From Eledone cirrhosa (lineage: Eukaryota), in contig OZ024744.1 of NCBI GenBank assembly GCA_964016885.1, forward strand, positions 35,712,001 through 35,776,000: a stretch of DNA of 64,000 nucleotides. Direction: 5' to 3'. Under the pieces are notes generated by a model, which ran no database searches, was not told where the DNA came from, and worked only from the letters and a program-made list of their open reading frames with translations. Made by a program: the position numbers and the translations under genes. Position 1 is the stretch's first letter. Each line of letters opens with the position of its first letter. Positions 38,374-52,290 of the stretch are shown here, in pieces.

Positions 38374-39071
38374 CTATGTTAGTCAAGATACCTGACATTG
38401 ACCATTTGTCAAATATGTAGAAATGATTTTTATTTAAAAAAAAAAAAGGAAAAGAAGAACGACCTATTGGCCAGTCCTTTTTCTTGATTGTTTTAGAAAG
38501 TTTATTTAAAAGAAATTATAATGAAATCGAAAACATGCATAAAGTAAAAAAATAAATTATGTAAAATTTAAGACATGTATCGTGTATGGTGACAGCGGAA
38601 CCGGATCTTCGTCATATCTGTTGGACGCTAATTGTTTCTTGTGTTTCTGCCATCGTTTCTTCATTGGTGTTATATTTTCTATGTTGTCGATTACTTTGAT
38701 GATTGGTTCTGAAGGGCTGTACGGCTGTTCGTCTGAGTCGCAATTGAGGTTTGTCGGGTTGCTTGTGTCGTTGTCTGAAACGACGAGAGTGTCCCTACTC
38801 CCACAACTTGCCCGAGTCCCCAAATCACATATTCGTTTCAGTCCTCTTCTTTCTTGTTGTTCTTTTGATTTGCGCTCGTACTCGTCTAGAATGGTTACAT
38901 TCTCATCAGAATCTTCGTCATTTGATGCAACTTGTCAAAACTGAATTCATAAAATAACACTTGCCATATACCAGGATTTAGGAGTTAACATTTTTAAAGA
39001 AAGGTGATTATACATCGAATTTGTATTCGATGTAATGTGTAATAAATGCTGCTTGTTGATTGAATACATTT

Positions 39072-39252
39072 AGTCGTTTGGCAGTATAGGTAGAGGGTCG
39101 GACGTCATGCTTTGCAGCAAAGAGTTATGACCTTTTACGGTCTGAGTTCAAATCCCGCCGAGGTTAACTTTACCTTTCATACATACGGCGTCGATAAAAT
39201 AAAGTACACTGGGATAATTGCTGGCCTTGTGCCAAAAGTAGAAACCATTATT
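39072..39252 (+). mobile_element. tRNA-derived SINE
   Basis: Same family as 11342. Confidence 0.85.
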
Positions 39253-39254
39253 AA

Positions 39255-39482
39255 CGGAGGTCGATAGATCGGCAGAACGGGTAGAGCGTCGGACCAAATA
39301 ATTTGCGGCACAGAATTACAGCCCTTTACGTTCTGCTTTCGACTCCCGCAGATATTAGCTTTGCTTTTCACCCTTACGCGGTCGATAAAATAAAGTAGCA
39401 GTAATGTACTGGGGTCGATTTAATCGACTTTCCCGTCTCCCCCAAATTACTGGCCTTGTGCCTATAATAGAAATCATTATTG
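39255..39482 (+). mobile_element. tRNA-derived SINE (head-to-tail with the previous copy)
   Basis: CGGCAGAACGGGTAGAGCGTCGGAC...GTCGATAAAATAAAGTA...GGCCTTGTGCC. Confidence 0.85.
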
Positions 39483-41187
39483 ATGGAGTCCTTTTCACTA
39501 TTTGATCTTGTTTGAATTTTTCCATCGACTCCTTTAGTTAGTTTTTTTAAAATGTCTGAGCTATGAAGCATGATTCCTCTATCAAGCCAATTTCTACATT
39601 TTTAAGGTTTTGAAATAGGAAAGAAGTTCCCTGGATAGTAACTTGATGTGTAAGCAATGCAGCTATCGAACATGCTATCATGTTTTATTCTGTGTTGGGC
39701 AAACCTCGAAATACCAGTAAATTTGTTTCAGGTAGTCTCAGAAGATTCCACACTGATTGAATGAATAAAATTTCTTCTATGTTTTGTATTATTAATATGG
39801 TTCTAAATATTTTTAGAGATATTTCAAATGTGTGCATTTTTCTTATCATTGTAGTAGTAATTCCAATCCAGGTTCTCGAATTTATCTTCAAATTTTGTTG
39901 CGAATCTTTTTTTTATTTTTTTGCATTCAAGGACTTTTTTCATTACGCCTTCATATAGCGGATGACTAACTTTGCGCATGAAATTTTCGTTGTTGGATCT
40001 GCTCAGCCAATAGGTTTTCATATCTAATTCTGTTTAAGATTTTTTTTATGTGTAAATGTAAGATAGACAATTGAACAAGAAAAGAGTCGTACCGGCTTTG
40101 GATATGAATTGAGGTTCGTTAACGGTTGTATTTTTTGTTTTTGTCGTTGTAGGTTTTTCTCTATACTCTATCATGCACCGCGTTCCGAAAGGTACCACTA
40201 CGTTCCCTCTGCCTGGCATCATTAATCCTCTTGGTTGTTGGCAGAAATAGTTAACAAGTGTTGATGGAAACTTTACTCTTTCTGTCTCCGGAATGTACCA
40301 TCTGAAACCGGTAGCCATATTGTATAAGTCTCAAAGATACTTAAATTTCTGGTCTTCGCCAAGTCTTGTTGCGGAAACGTATATGATGTGGAAGTGTTTG
40401 TAAACATTCCATTCTTTTTTGGCACATTTCTGCCGGATGGTAGCTCCGACGTGTCTAATAAATTGTATTATTCTATAGTTTGTTACAGTTTGATTCGTGT
40501 TAGTTTCTGTAACTTCGATGAAAGAAACGTATGATTCCAGTATTTCGTCTCTGGCCAAGTCGTTTTCTTCTATGAACGGGTAAATCGCCATATATTTTGA
40601 CTTGTGCATTCCATAAATTAAAAGCATAAAGATTATATGTTAACGAAGAGCTTGTCTTGTTTTGTCTACTCTTGGTATATCATAATATCTTAAATTCTGA
40701 TGGCCTTTTACATATGTTCGTGAAAACTGAGTTATTTAGTACTGCACTGTCTTTGCCCATTGCTTACCGTATTTCACTTTTTTTACTTGGTGGCATCTAT
40801 AATTTATGAAAAATCTATTTATTTTTAATAGCTGAATTAACTGCGAAAGCCCCTACACTCTATTAATTTTATATCTGCATCTAAATTATTTATGTTATTA
40901 TCTCCGTAATCTAAATCGTATTGTTTACAACATTGATCTAAATTATTAATTGATTCTTTATCGTAGTTGTTTGTAAATGTGTCCACACTAGTTATAGAAT
41001 GGTAAACGTAATAGCATTACTTACATTATCTGTTCTAGTATCTCCTTATCTCTTCCCTTAAATAAATAATAGCTTTATATGCATCGTATTGGAGATATGA
41101 ATATACCAAGTTGGTTAGATAATGGACTAATGAACAGGTAGTCATTACAAGATACTGCCATATCGAATGAATAGAAGTAAATATACA

Positions 41188-41240
41188 TACACACGTATAC
41201 CAGGTCCTAATATAGAGGAGCTGGACTCCCACTGTCACCG

Positions 41241-41296
<56 letters not shown>

Positions 41297-41340
41297 GTAT
41301 ACCAGGTCCTAATATAGAGGAGCTGGACTCCCACTGTCAC

Positions 41341-41398
<58 letters not shown>

Positions 41399-41444
41399 GT
41401 ATACCAGATCCTAATACAGAGGAGCTGGACTCCCACTGTCATCG

Positions 41445-41496
<52 letters not shown>

Positions 41497-42870
41497 GTAT
41501 ACCAGGTCCTAATACAGAGGAGCTGGACTCCCACTGTCATCGCCTCCCTCTCTCTCTCTCACACACGTACACCAGGTCCTAATACAGAGGAGCCGGACTC
41601 CCACTGTCATCGCCTCCCCCCCTCTTTCTCTCTCTCACACACGTACACCAGGTCCTAATACAGAGGAGCCGGACTCCCACTGTCATCGCCTCCCCCCCTC
41701 TTTCTCTCTCTCACACACGTACACCAGGTCCTAATACAGAGGAGCCGGACTCCCACTATCATCGCCTCCCTCTCTCTCTCACGTATACCAGGTCCTAATA
41801 CAGAGGAGCCGGACTCCCACTGTCATCGCCTCCCCCCCCTCTTTCTCTCTCTCACACACGTACACCAGGTCCTAATACAGAGGAGCCGGACTCCCACTGT
41901 CATCGCCTCCCCCCCCTCTTTCTCTCTCTCACACACGTACACCAGGTCCTAATACAGAGGAGCCGGACTCCCACTATCATCGCCTCCCCCCTCTTTCTCT
42001 CTCTCACACACGTACACCAGGTCCTAATACAGAGGAGCCGGACTCCCACTATCATCGCCTCCCTCTCTCTCTCACGTATACCAGGTCCTAATACAGAGGA
42101 GCCGGACTCCCACTGTCATCGCCTCCCCCCCCTCTTTCTCTCTCTCACACACGTACACCAGGTCCTAATACAGAGGAGCCGGACTCCCACTGTCATCGCC
42201 TCCCCCCCCTCTTTCTCTCTCTCACACACGTACACCAGGTCCTAATACAGAGGAGCCGGACTCCCACTATCATCGCCTCCCTCTCTCTCTCACGTATACC
42301 AGGTCCTAATACAGAGGAGCCGGACTCCCACTGTCATCGCCTCCCCCCCCTCTTTCTCTCTCTCACACACGTACACCAGGTCCTAATACAGAGGAGCCGG
42401 ACTCCCACTATCATCGCCTCCCCCCTCTTTCTCTCTCTCACACACGTACACCAGGTCCTAATACAGAGGAGCCGGACTCCCACTATCATCGCCTCCCTCT
42501 CTCTCTCACGTATACCAGGTCCTAATACAGAGGAGCCGGACTCCCACTGTCATCGCCTCCCCCCCCTCTTTCTCTCTCTCACACACGTACACCAGGTCCT
42601 AATACAGAGGAGCCGGACTCCCACTGTCATCGCCTCCCCCCCCTCTTTCTCTCTCTCACACACGTACACCAGGTCCTAATACAGAGGAGCCGGACTCCCA
42701 CTGTCATCGCCTCCCCCCCTCTTTCTCTCTCTCACACACGTACACCAGGTCCTAATACAGAGGAGCCGGACTCCCACTATCATCGCCTCCCCCCTCTTTC
42801 TCTCTCTCACACACGTACACCAGGTCCTAATACAGAGGAGCCGGACTCCCACTATCATCGCCTCCATCTC
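41188..42870. repeat. Homogeneous 59-70 bp tandem array (CACGTACACCAGGTCCTAATACAGAGGAGCCGGACTCCCACTRTCATCGCCTCCC plus CT tract)
   Basis: About 25 near-identical units with variable (CT)n/C tracts. Confidence 0.95.
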
Positions 42871-42899
42871 TCTGGCCCTCCACATCTCTCACTATTATG

Positions 42900-43270
42900 A
42901 GCAAATAGGGTCCCACGTGCTGGCTTCCCCACGGCCCCAGCGGACAGAATAGAGAAGGTGTTTCCCCGGAGGATGGCGAGGGAAATGCGCTAGAAGAACC
43001 ATTCCATCTGGCGAGGCTCACACCTGCGGCTAACCAGCTCAGTGCCTATGGTGTAGGGAGGTAGCCCTAGAGCCAAAGACAACAGAAGTATCCACTTCAA
43101 TCCTGTCGGAAAACGACAGATACTTGGAGAGTTTACCTTCCTCAGCTCGAAGTGCAGCAGAGACTTCACCAGGTTGCCGCTGGAGAATGTGTCGCTTCAT
43201 GTGACATCCATGATTTTGCGTAGATCTTACTCGTAGACGGCGTAGCAGCTGTCTGAGGTCGGTTGTTCGC
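42900..43270 (-). mobile_element. CRE-like non-LTR 3' fragment (RLE domain), decayed
   Basis: Minus strand MDVT*SDTFSSGNL, AALRAEEGKLSKY, EPRQMEWFF*RISLAILRGN: the typical QRIS.AIQRGN C-terminus. Confidence 0.7.
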
Positions 43271-43799
43271 TCTCCGCACCTTTTCTTGTTTATACATAAA
43301 TATATGCAGACTTGGAATCACATGATATCGTTATCACATTACAATTTATGAAACTCAGCAAAAATGTAATTAAACTTATGCTAAGTAAGCATTTTATATA
43401 ATCACATGGTCCTATTGTTTTAAACCACGCCTATTTTTAATCATGTGATGTGATTCGAATAATGTAGGTCAGCTGTTCAATATTGCACCGCCCCTTTAGG
43501 CTGAGGAGACTTGGTCGGCGCGCGGGAGGTGTTGTAGTTCACTTTTTATGTAATTATATTTGCATACATTTTCACTTTAAGCAGACACATATCTAAAGTT
43601 GAAGGTTTTCCAGCTTCTGTGTTGTGTGAATCTTTTGACAATGTGATTAATATTAAATTTGATTTCGAGACGTAAGAAAATCGTATTTTCACTTTTTACT
43701 TTGTATGTTATCTTGTAAGTTTTCATTGCTATGCAATACATAGAACAAAAGCATTTCTATCTGACATGTGTTTTAGTCAGCCAGACTCTGTAGTAAGCA

Positions 43800-44750
43800 A
43801 CATTTCTTGCTCTACGGCTCTGCGGTTTGATGTTCTGATGAAAATATGACTGTTCGTTTCAGCACCTGAGCTTGCAACAGAGAGTTGGCTATAGTAAAAA
43901 CATAGGCTCTTGTGTTCAACTCAGCATCCTTAAGACTTTGTCCCTAAGATGTCTTTGATGGTCATAGAAAATGATAGTCACTAAAAATTGAAGCCGCTTG
44001 AACTGAAATGATATATATGATGGGATGGAAGGAATACGTGGAACAAAAGCATTTTCTCCCTTGCCACAATCAAACAGAATGGTGGTTTTGATCACACGAG
44101 GAACAAAGGTTTTGACAGCATATCTTGTACCTTAACAGAGTTTTGAGTGTATCTCAAATCGATAGCAATACAATGAGTGCCCCTATTTTTTGTTTTAGAT
44201 TATGAAGCGGAACACTCGTGGGCGGAAGAGAATTGAGAATCTCCATTGGATAGTTGACAACTGTGTTAATGTCAACTGTTATAAACCACCCGGATCGCAC
44301 TGATAGTGGTTGACTGATAGTTGTATTAATATCTTGTACAATATCATCTGCGTAGGGGACCAGCATAGTGCACACACAAAGGAACTCTTGGTTTCTGTAT
44401 CTCTGTGAGGTTAGGATAAGCTTTTAATTACAATTCTTGGGATAATTTGATGAGTGTTATACGATGTTTGGTTGTTGTGACATTTCCACTTCCAGTGTTT
44501 AGTAATATCTTGATACTGTTTAAGCTTGATACTATTTAGCTTGATACTGTTTAGCTTGATACTGTTCAGTTGAAGCAAAACATTCTGAAACTGAGCTTAC
44601 TATGACAACTCTATTACATGCAAGTCTCGTATGGGTAGAAAGCTGAAGCTTTTCCCCTTGTTTCCAAATATGGGATTCCTTGTGGAAGCCTGTCAACTCA
44701 TCAACAGGTTGAAATTATGAAAGAACAAGTTTGACTAGAACGACTTGAAA
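43800..44750 (-). pseudogene. Helitron PIF1-helicase relic
   Basis: YPMEILNSLPPTSVPLHNLKQKIGALIVLL, plus downstream AFVPRIPSIPS...QFKRLQF and TIKRHLRDK-like decay of motifs V/VI. Confidence 0.75.
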
Positions 44751-45331
44751 GCAAGTTCAGTTGAAATCACTAGGAAGCAAGAATCTTATTTATCCATGGT
44801 CTTAGTGTTATTTAGTACTTCTTATAAGATGCAATCTGCAGCCACAAATACATGTCTGTGGGCAATACACATTCATCGCATAATATCAGTTTGGTCTGTT
44901 TCAGAAACCCTGGTTCATATTATACGTCTATACGAAATTATGTTGGCTGCCCCCTCGTTATCGAGTATGGCCATTGCACAATATACGATTATTAATAATT
45001 ATCAATTAATTCTATCGTGCAATGTCTGTGCGGGAAGATATTTTTTAAAGTGAGGAAAGACTGTGCACTGAGCCAATCCCACTCTCTGAGCGACAGTAGC
45101 TATAACCCGAAAAGAAGAAAAGATCAACATCATCGGTAACTACTGAGCCGCAGGTTTTATATCGGAGTTATCCAAGTTTCCTGAGTTACCTTCTCCTAGA
45201 AGATTGCCCTGACAAAGGCTAGGGGTCCTTTACTCCAAGTGGTTTAACCGCGCGATCGGTGTCCAGCCAGATTATTTCTATGTCACCGCGCATAAACACA
45301 CCTATTCACACCTGCATATACATATATACAC

Positions 45332-45426
<95 letters not shown>

Positions 45427-45687
45427 TATGAGAGTATTGAAGTTTGCTTGAAGCATTGTGGAACAATAAGTAAATATCTTTAAGTCGTTTGGAAGCCTCG
45501 ACAATGCAAATGGGTAAATCTCCGGGTAACAAGGTCCGGTGGTGGAGAGAGAGATGTAAGTGGGTGTACGTTGAGATGCGTGGTGTGTATAAGATGTGTG
45601 AGATGTGTAGAATGAAGGGAAGAGTATAAAGGATAAAAATAAAAATAACAACACAAGAGAGAGTTACCTTGGGAGAGATATAATAGT

Positions 45688-45723
45688 CCCTATATATTTC
45701 GGATTCACATACATCAACTGGGG
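45688..45723 (-). ncRNA. Hammerhead-like motif with non-canonical CAGTTGA core (pLTR copy 1)
   Basis: ccc-CAGTTGA-t-gtat/gtga/atcc-GAAA-tata-TA-ggg. Confidence 0.55.
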
Positions 45724-46126
45724 TTTTTTTCCGGGGTGGGGGAAAAGGTTGTCTGTCGGACAAGTCCGGAACGCGTCTTTCGCTGTTTGTTGTTTTGAAT
45801 ATCTGAGGTATTCGGCAGAGCGCGCGTGCGCGTGAAATGGGGTCGGTCGTACAGAGGTCAGCGGCCGAATGAGGGAGTGGGATGGCGCTAGCTGTCAGTC
45901 CATTCTCTGCCTGTTTGTTAAATGTTACTGTGTGTGTGTGTGCGTGTGTTGTTGTCTCGCTTGAGTGTGTGTGTGTGTGTTGTTGCTTTGTTCATCTGTA
46001 TTGGCAGTGTAGTATGTTCGTATGGTGGAATGCTACTGTGTGTGTGTGCGTGTGTGTGTGTAGTTGTCTCGTTTGCGTGTGTGTGTGTGTGTGCGTGTGT
46101 TGTGTGTTGTTGCATCGCTTGTTAAC

Positions 46127-48952
46127 TTAAACCAACGATTTCATTTCGCTTCTCTCTGATCGGTTGTTTATTTGCGGTTGCAGTCGTTTGATAAAAAGCG
46201 CTTCCTTGATACGTAACGTGCCGACGTTTCTTTCAGTCGCTAGAATTGTGACAATGGGCCTTCCGTCTTTGTTTCCGCATTTGTCTATGTGTTTCCGGAA
46301 AGACGAGGCCCTGGTTTTAGTGTGTTCCTTGATCCGGATGTGCAAAGGTCGAATTGTGCTACCTATGTAGTATTGGTTGCACCTGTCACATTCTATCTTA
46401 TACACGACGTATGTGCGTAGGCAACAGTTAGCATGGCGTATCGGGCAGTCTCTGAGGGAGCATGCGTCAGTAGATTTTTCGCGTTTCCTGGAGAGGCATC
46501 TTCGCAGGGAGGGGCCCGAGTGGGCCAGGTGGATGTCGAGGCCCTCCCTCCGTATAGCCTTGCGGATAGCGTTGGTGGTTTTCTCGCCCAGGTGTGGCAT
46601 TTTAAGGAAGCACTTGCCTTGGGTGCTTCTCTGTCTCTTGCGTCTGGTGTCTCCTATTCTGTCTGTGATCGAGGTAGGGTACCCGTTCGTTTCCAGCACC
46701 TCGAGGAATCGCTTGGTATGAGTGACACCACTCGCGGGATCGCTGCATCTGTTTTTGATTGGCACGATCTCGTTCGTGATGTATCCTCTTTTGGCATTGT
46801 TAGGGAGGGCGGACTTGTAGTGAACGAATAGGTCCCTGCAGGCTGCCTTTCGGTAGAAGTTGCAGTGGATCCCTCCTTGTTCCGTGATGTTGATTCGGAA
46901 GTCGAGGAGGGCAAGTGACCCGTCTTCGTTGGGGTGTTCAACACTGAAGTCAATGTTCTCGTCCGTGTTGTTGAACGTCTCATAGATTCTGTTCGCCGTG
47001 TCTTGGGAAGATGTGAGGATGAGGTTATCGTCCACGTATCTTGAGAAAAAGGCTACGGCGTTGGGGTGGCAGGCGTTGAGTGCCTTGCGTTCGAGGTTGT
47101 CCATGTAGGAGATCGCTAGCACACCTGATAGGCTTGATCCCATGGGCAATCCCGAGGTTTGTTGGTATATTTGGTCAAGGAATCCGAAGTAGGTGTTGTC
47201 GACGACGATGGATAGGAGTTGGTGAATGTCAGTGGTGGTGAGCCCGAAGCAGTGTAGGTCGGTGGATTGGACGCGTTCCATTAGTATATTGACGGCCGGG
47301 AGTGCCGGGACCGAGGTGTAGAGAGCGACTACATCAAGGCTGAATGCATATCTGTTATTCCTTCTGGTGTCGGGATCCATTTGATGCAGGCGCCTCAACA
47401 CCTCCTCGGAGCTGTTAACGTGTCCCGACAAGGTGTCTAAGATGGGTTTAAGTATTCTGGCTAGGAGCCATGAAATTTTGTAGAGTGGTCCCTCCACGCT
47501 CGATACGATGGGCCTGATTTTCAGGTCGGGTCCCTATTTGTGTGTTTTCACGAGGTGGTAGAAGGCGGGTAGTCTGCTGTTCCCCGTGAGGAGGTTGTAT
47601 CTCAGCTTCTTCGGGAGCTTCCGCCGGTCGCAGACGTTGGTTCAGGCGGAGTTGATGTGTTCTTCTATCTGCGCGGGAGTGATTCCCGTGACCTTGGAGT
47701 AGAGGTTGTCATCGTCAAGGTGTTGGAGGGCCAGGGTGTTGTAGGCCTCTCTGCTGATGACGCAGAATTCTTTTCCCTTGTCGGAGGGGAGATAGATGAG
47801 GTTCTTCGATTTTAGGTTGGAGAGAGTGGTGAGTTGAGATTTGGGGAGGTTATGTGTTGTGCGTGTGTGTGTGTGTTTGTGAAGTATATCCGAGATGGAG
47901 TGTTTTAGCCTGATGAGTTTAGTGTCGAGTTCGTGGTTGGTGGGTGGAGGGTGGAGTGGGTTGTCGGGGTGGTAAGTGGGGAACTTGGGGTGGGTTGTGT
48001 CGGCGCTGTTATTGTCTGTGGCGCTGTTGATAGCGGTCACCCATTTAAGTTGGTAAGCGGCTCGACAAAAGTTGGCCTCGATGTTGAGTTTGAGTCTGTC
48101 GTCGAGACGTTGTGTGACGATGAACTTAGGTCCGAGGTGTAGGAGTTTCAGCTCGTCGCTCGTGAGAGTGCCGGTTAGGTCGGTGACCAGGTGCGTCGCA
48201 TCGTTGAGGTATGGCTCGGTGTTGGTGGTTGCGGCGGTGGCGGTTGTTAACTTGTTGTTTTCCACGTGGTTCTGGTCCGTCTGTTCGTTAGTGTCGATGT
48301 TCTCGTTGTGGCGTTTCGACAAGATCCACTCATATTTTCGCTTGAGCCGTTTTTTCTCGTATTGGACTCTGGAGTGGTAGCACTGGTCGATTGCTTTAGT
48401 GATTTTTAGGAGCAAGTCTCCGGGTGCTATTGGCAGTCGATGTGTCCGCTCTGAGAGTGTCCGCTTATGGACGTGTAATTGGCGGTTGAAATGTCTCAGG
48501 ATCTGTTTAATACACGTGCGATGTATGCGGTTAGTGGTGTTTTGGAAGGATGGTGTACGTAGGCTTACTGGTAAGCGGATGTTCTTGATGGTGTTGGGGA
48601 TGACATCGTTTTTTAGGCAGCGTTTCAGGAAAATTATTTGGCAGCCAGCGTTGGCCCATTTCTCCGACAGCCTAAACAGTTCCCTTACGGATGCAAACAA
48701 TTCCTGGCTCAGGTGTAAGGATAAGAGAGTATTGAAGTTTGCTTGAAGCATTGTGGAACAATAAGTAAAAATTTCTATAAGTCGTTTGGAAGCCTCGACA
48801 ATGCAAATGGGTAAATCTCCGGGTAACAAGGTCCGGTGGTGGAGAGAGAGATGTAAGTGGGTGTACGTTGAGATGCGTGGTGTGTATAAGATGTGTGAGA
48901 TGTGTAGAATGAAGGGAAGAGTAAAAGGATAAAAATAATAATAACAACACAA
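46127..48952 (-). pseudogene. PLE RT-GIY-YIG ORF, single frame with two premature stops
   Basis: PSDKGK, FYHLVKTHK, IRPIVS, SLDVVALYT, QTSGLPMGS, RYVDD, LLDF, VYKIECDRC..YIGST..RIKEH. Confidence 0.93.
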
Positions 48953-48983
48953 GAGAGAGTTACCTTGGGAGAGATTTAATAGT

Positions 48984-49019
48984 CCCTATATATTTCGGAT
49001 TCACATCCATCAACTGGGG
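48984..49019 (-). ncRNA. Hammerhead-like motif, CAGTTGA core (pLTR copy 2)
   Basis: ccc-CAGTTGA-t-ggat/gtga/atcc-GAAA-tata-TA-ggg, just upstream of the ORF. Confidence 0.6.
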
Positions 49020-50207
49020 TTTTTTTCCGGGGTGGGGGAAAAGGTTGTCTGTCGGACAAGTCCGGAACGCGTCTTTCGCTGTTTGTTGTTTTGAATATCT
49101 GAGGTATTCGGCAGAGCGCGCGTGCGCGTGAAATGGGGTCGGTCGTACAGAGGTCAGCGGCCGAATGAGGGAGTAGGATGGCGCTAGCTGTCAGTCCATT
49201 CTCTGCCTGTTTGTTAAATGTTACTGTGTGTGTGTGTGTGTGTGTGTTGTTGTCTCGCTTGAGTGTGTGTGTGTGTGTGTGTGTGTTTGTGTTGTTGCTT
49301 TGTTCATCTGTATTGGCAGTGTAGTATGTTCGTATGGTGGAATGCTACTGTGTGTGTGTGCGTGTGTGTGTGTAGTTGTCTCGTTTGCGTGTGTGTGTGT
49401 GCGTGTGTTGTGTGTTGTTGCATCGCTTGTTAACTTAAACCAACGATTTCATTTCGCTTCTCTCTGATCGGTTGTTTATTTGCGGTTGCAGTCGTTTGAT
49501 AAAAAGCGCTTCCTTGATACGTAACGTGCCGACGTTTCTTTCAGTCGCTAGAATTGTGACAATGGGCCTTCCGTCTTTGTTTCCGCATTTGTCTATGTGT
49601 TTCCGGAAAGACGAGGCCCTGGTTTTAGTGTGTTCCTTGATCCGGATGTGCAAAGGTCGAATTGTGCTACCTATGTAGTATTGGTTGCACCTGTCACATT
49701 CTATCTTATACACGACGTATGTGCGTAGGCAACAGTTAGCATGGCGTATCGGGCAGTCTCTGAGGGAGCATGCGTCAGTAGATTTTTCGCGTTTCCTGAA
49801 ATGGCTGGTTTAAGTTAACAAGCGATGCAACAACACACAACACACGCAAACGAGACATCTACACACACACACACGCACACACACACAGTAGCATTCCACC
49901 ATACGAACATACTACACTGCCAATACAGATGAACAAGGCAACAACACACACACACACACACACACTCAACCGAGACAACAACACACGCACACACACACAA
50001 CAGTAACATTTAACAAACAGGCAGAGAATGGACTGACAGCTAGCGCCATCCCACTCCCTCATTCGGCCGCTGACCTCTGTACGACCGACCCCATTTCACG
50101 CGCACGTGCGCTCTGCCGAATACCTCAGATATTCAAAACAACAAACAGCGAAAGACGCGTTCCGGACTTGTCCGACAGACAACCTTTTCCCCCACCCCGG
50201 AAAAATA

Positions 50208-50243
50208 CCCCAGTTGATGGATGTGAATCCGAAATATATAGGG
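50208..50243 (+). ncRNA. Hammerhead-like motif, CAGTTGA core (inverted pLTR)
   Basis: Same as 48984. Confidence 0.6.
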
Positions 50244-51237
50244 ACTATTAAATCTCTCCCAAGGTAACTCTCTCTTGTGTTGTTATTTTTATTTTCATCC
50301 TTTATTCTCTTCCCTTCATTCTACACATCTCACACATCTTATACACACCACGCATCTCAACGTACACGCACTTACATCTCTCTCTCCACCACCGGACCTT
50401 GTTACCCGGAGATTTACCCATTTGCATTGTCGAGGCTTCCAAACGACTTAAAGATATTTACTTATATAAATATATATATATATGTATATACATAAGCATA
50501 CATATTTACACATTTTGGGATGGCCGTTGACTCTTGTGCCCCCCCCCACCGGGTGTCCCAAATCACTCTCGTCACCATACAGATTGAAAGTGAAATTGAG
50601 CAGCGGAGATAAGAAAACAGAGGACAGACTTTCTAAAGAAATAAGAAACGAAAAAAAGAAATGTTGGTCGAGGTACAACATTTACCTATTTTGAAGCAAT
50701 TACATATACAAACACGCATACACAGATAGATACACTCACATATATACACACATTCACACGTGCACCCACACACACTATTTCTATCTCTCGGAATTGGCAA
50801 CGTTGACTAAGATAAACATTATAGGGAACCACTCACTGTGTCCTTTCCTCCAAAAATACGGAGAAGGGTTGGGCAAGGGTTCTCTTTTCATAGAAGAGTT
50901 TGAAGCTGATATTTCACGAATCATTACTACGAATTTGTCGCCTCAGATCTTTGGACGGTTGTGAAAATGGTAATAAATTTGTGCATAATAAACATACCGT
51001 GTAGATTTTTAATATTAAAGCAAACACCAAATTGAATAAAACAGAACTAAAACAGAACTAAAGGATTGTATTGGTTGACCAGGCAGTAACTATAGGGAAG
51101 GTAGGGTTGTATACTTAGACGAGGAAAGAAGAAATGATGCAAAACGATGTAAATACGTATATGCAGCTTATGAAAGAAAGGTTTAAAAGGTGTACACACA
51201 CACACACACAAACACAAACGTACGCGCACACACACAC

Positions 51238-51299
<62 letters not shown>

Positions 51300-51300
<1 letters not shown>

Positions 51301-52290
51301 CTAGCAGTGGTACCCAGCATTGCACGGGATAAGGTATTTTGGAACGCGGGCCTCCAACAGACCTAATCGTAGAAAATCTGCATGTCAGGACAATATGTAA
51401 AGAAAATAAACCGAATGCTCTGTTGGCTGGATAATCTTTAAGATTTTCCTCGATGAAGCAGGAAAAATGCAGGTTTTTACCTAATCCTAGGGGATCAAGA
51501 AAATGAATTTTTTATGTGCATAATATGCCTTGAAATTTCGGGAAAATCGGCTAGACGTAACGCTTCAAAAAAGCCCTAAAAAGCTGAAAAAATGAAGGTT
51601 TTCACCTAATGCGGGCCCTAGGCCATAAAAAGTTGGATTTTCTATGCTCACGGTATGAAGAAGAGACTGACTAATACATAGTTACAATTTCAAGGAAATC
51701 GGTCTGACGTAACGCCTCAAAAAACCCATAAAAACCTGAAAAAACGCAGTTTTTCACCTGATGCGGGCCCTAGAAGATCAAAAAGTTGAATTTTTATGTG
51801 CATAACACTCCCTGAAACATAAGTAATACACATGTAAAGTTTGAAAAAAGTCGGTTGGGTACTTCTCGAGTTTTAGGGATTCAAACTCAGACCCCCCCCC
51901 CCACACACACAGACAGACATCCTCAGGGAAGTGACGTAATGCAGACAGCCAGACATACAGACATATATTATAAGGGCGCGTTTTGGACGCAGAGCGAATT
52001 GTAGGAAGTGACGTAATGCAGGCAGTCAGACATACAGACAGATATTATAATGGTGTGACGTTATATGTATGTATCTATCTAAAAAGAGCAAGACTAAGAA
52101 TTATAGAGAAAGATCGCTAAATCGTCTAACGCGGTCCCTAGAGCATTGAAAATTTGAAATATTTTTTGCTCAGAACACTACCTGAAACATAAGTATTACA
52201 TGTTTAAAGTTTGAGTGTTGGGCGCTTCTCGAGTTTTAGGGATTCAAACTCACACACAGACAGACATCCTCAGTTTTATATATATATAGA
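51300..52290 (+). mobile_element. Non-autonomous Helitron-like (Lep1/DINE-type) element with internal duplications
   Basis: Starts ACTAGCAGTGGTACCC.GCATTGCACGGG, ends ACAGACAGACA..TTTTATATATATAG. Internal ~130-bp repeats. Confidence 0.6.

Larger units (their letters stand above)
45425..50465 (-). mobile_element. Penelope-like element in partial-tandem arrangement with inverted pLTR
   Basis: Minus strand: partial GIY-YIG (49435-49797), pLTR, ORF, pLTR plus ORF-start tail. Inverted pLTR at 49812-50462. (TA)n on both sides. Confidence 0.95.

Noticed and set aside
41188-42870. CRISPR-like array
   Set aside because: No unique spacers (only CT-length variation), no cas genes, eukaryotic context.
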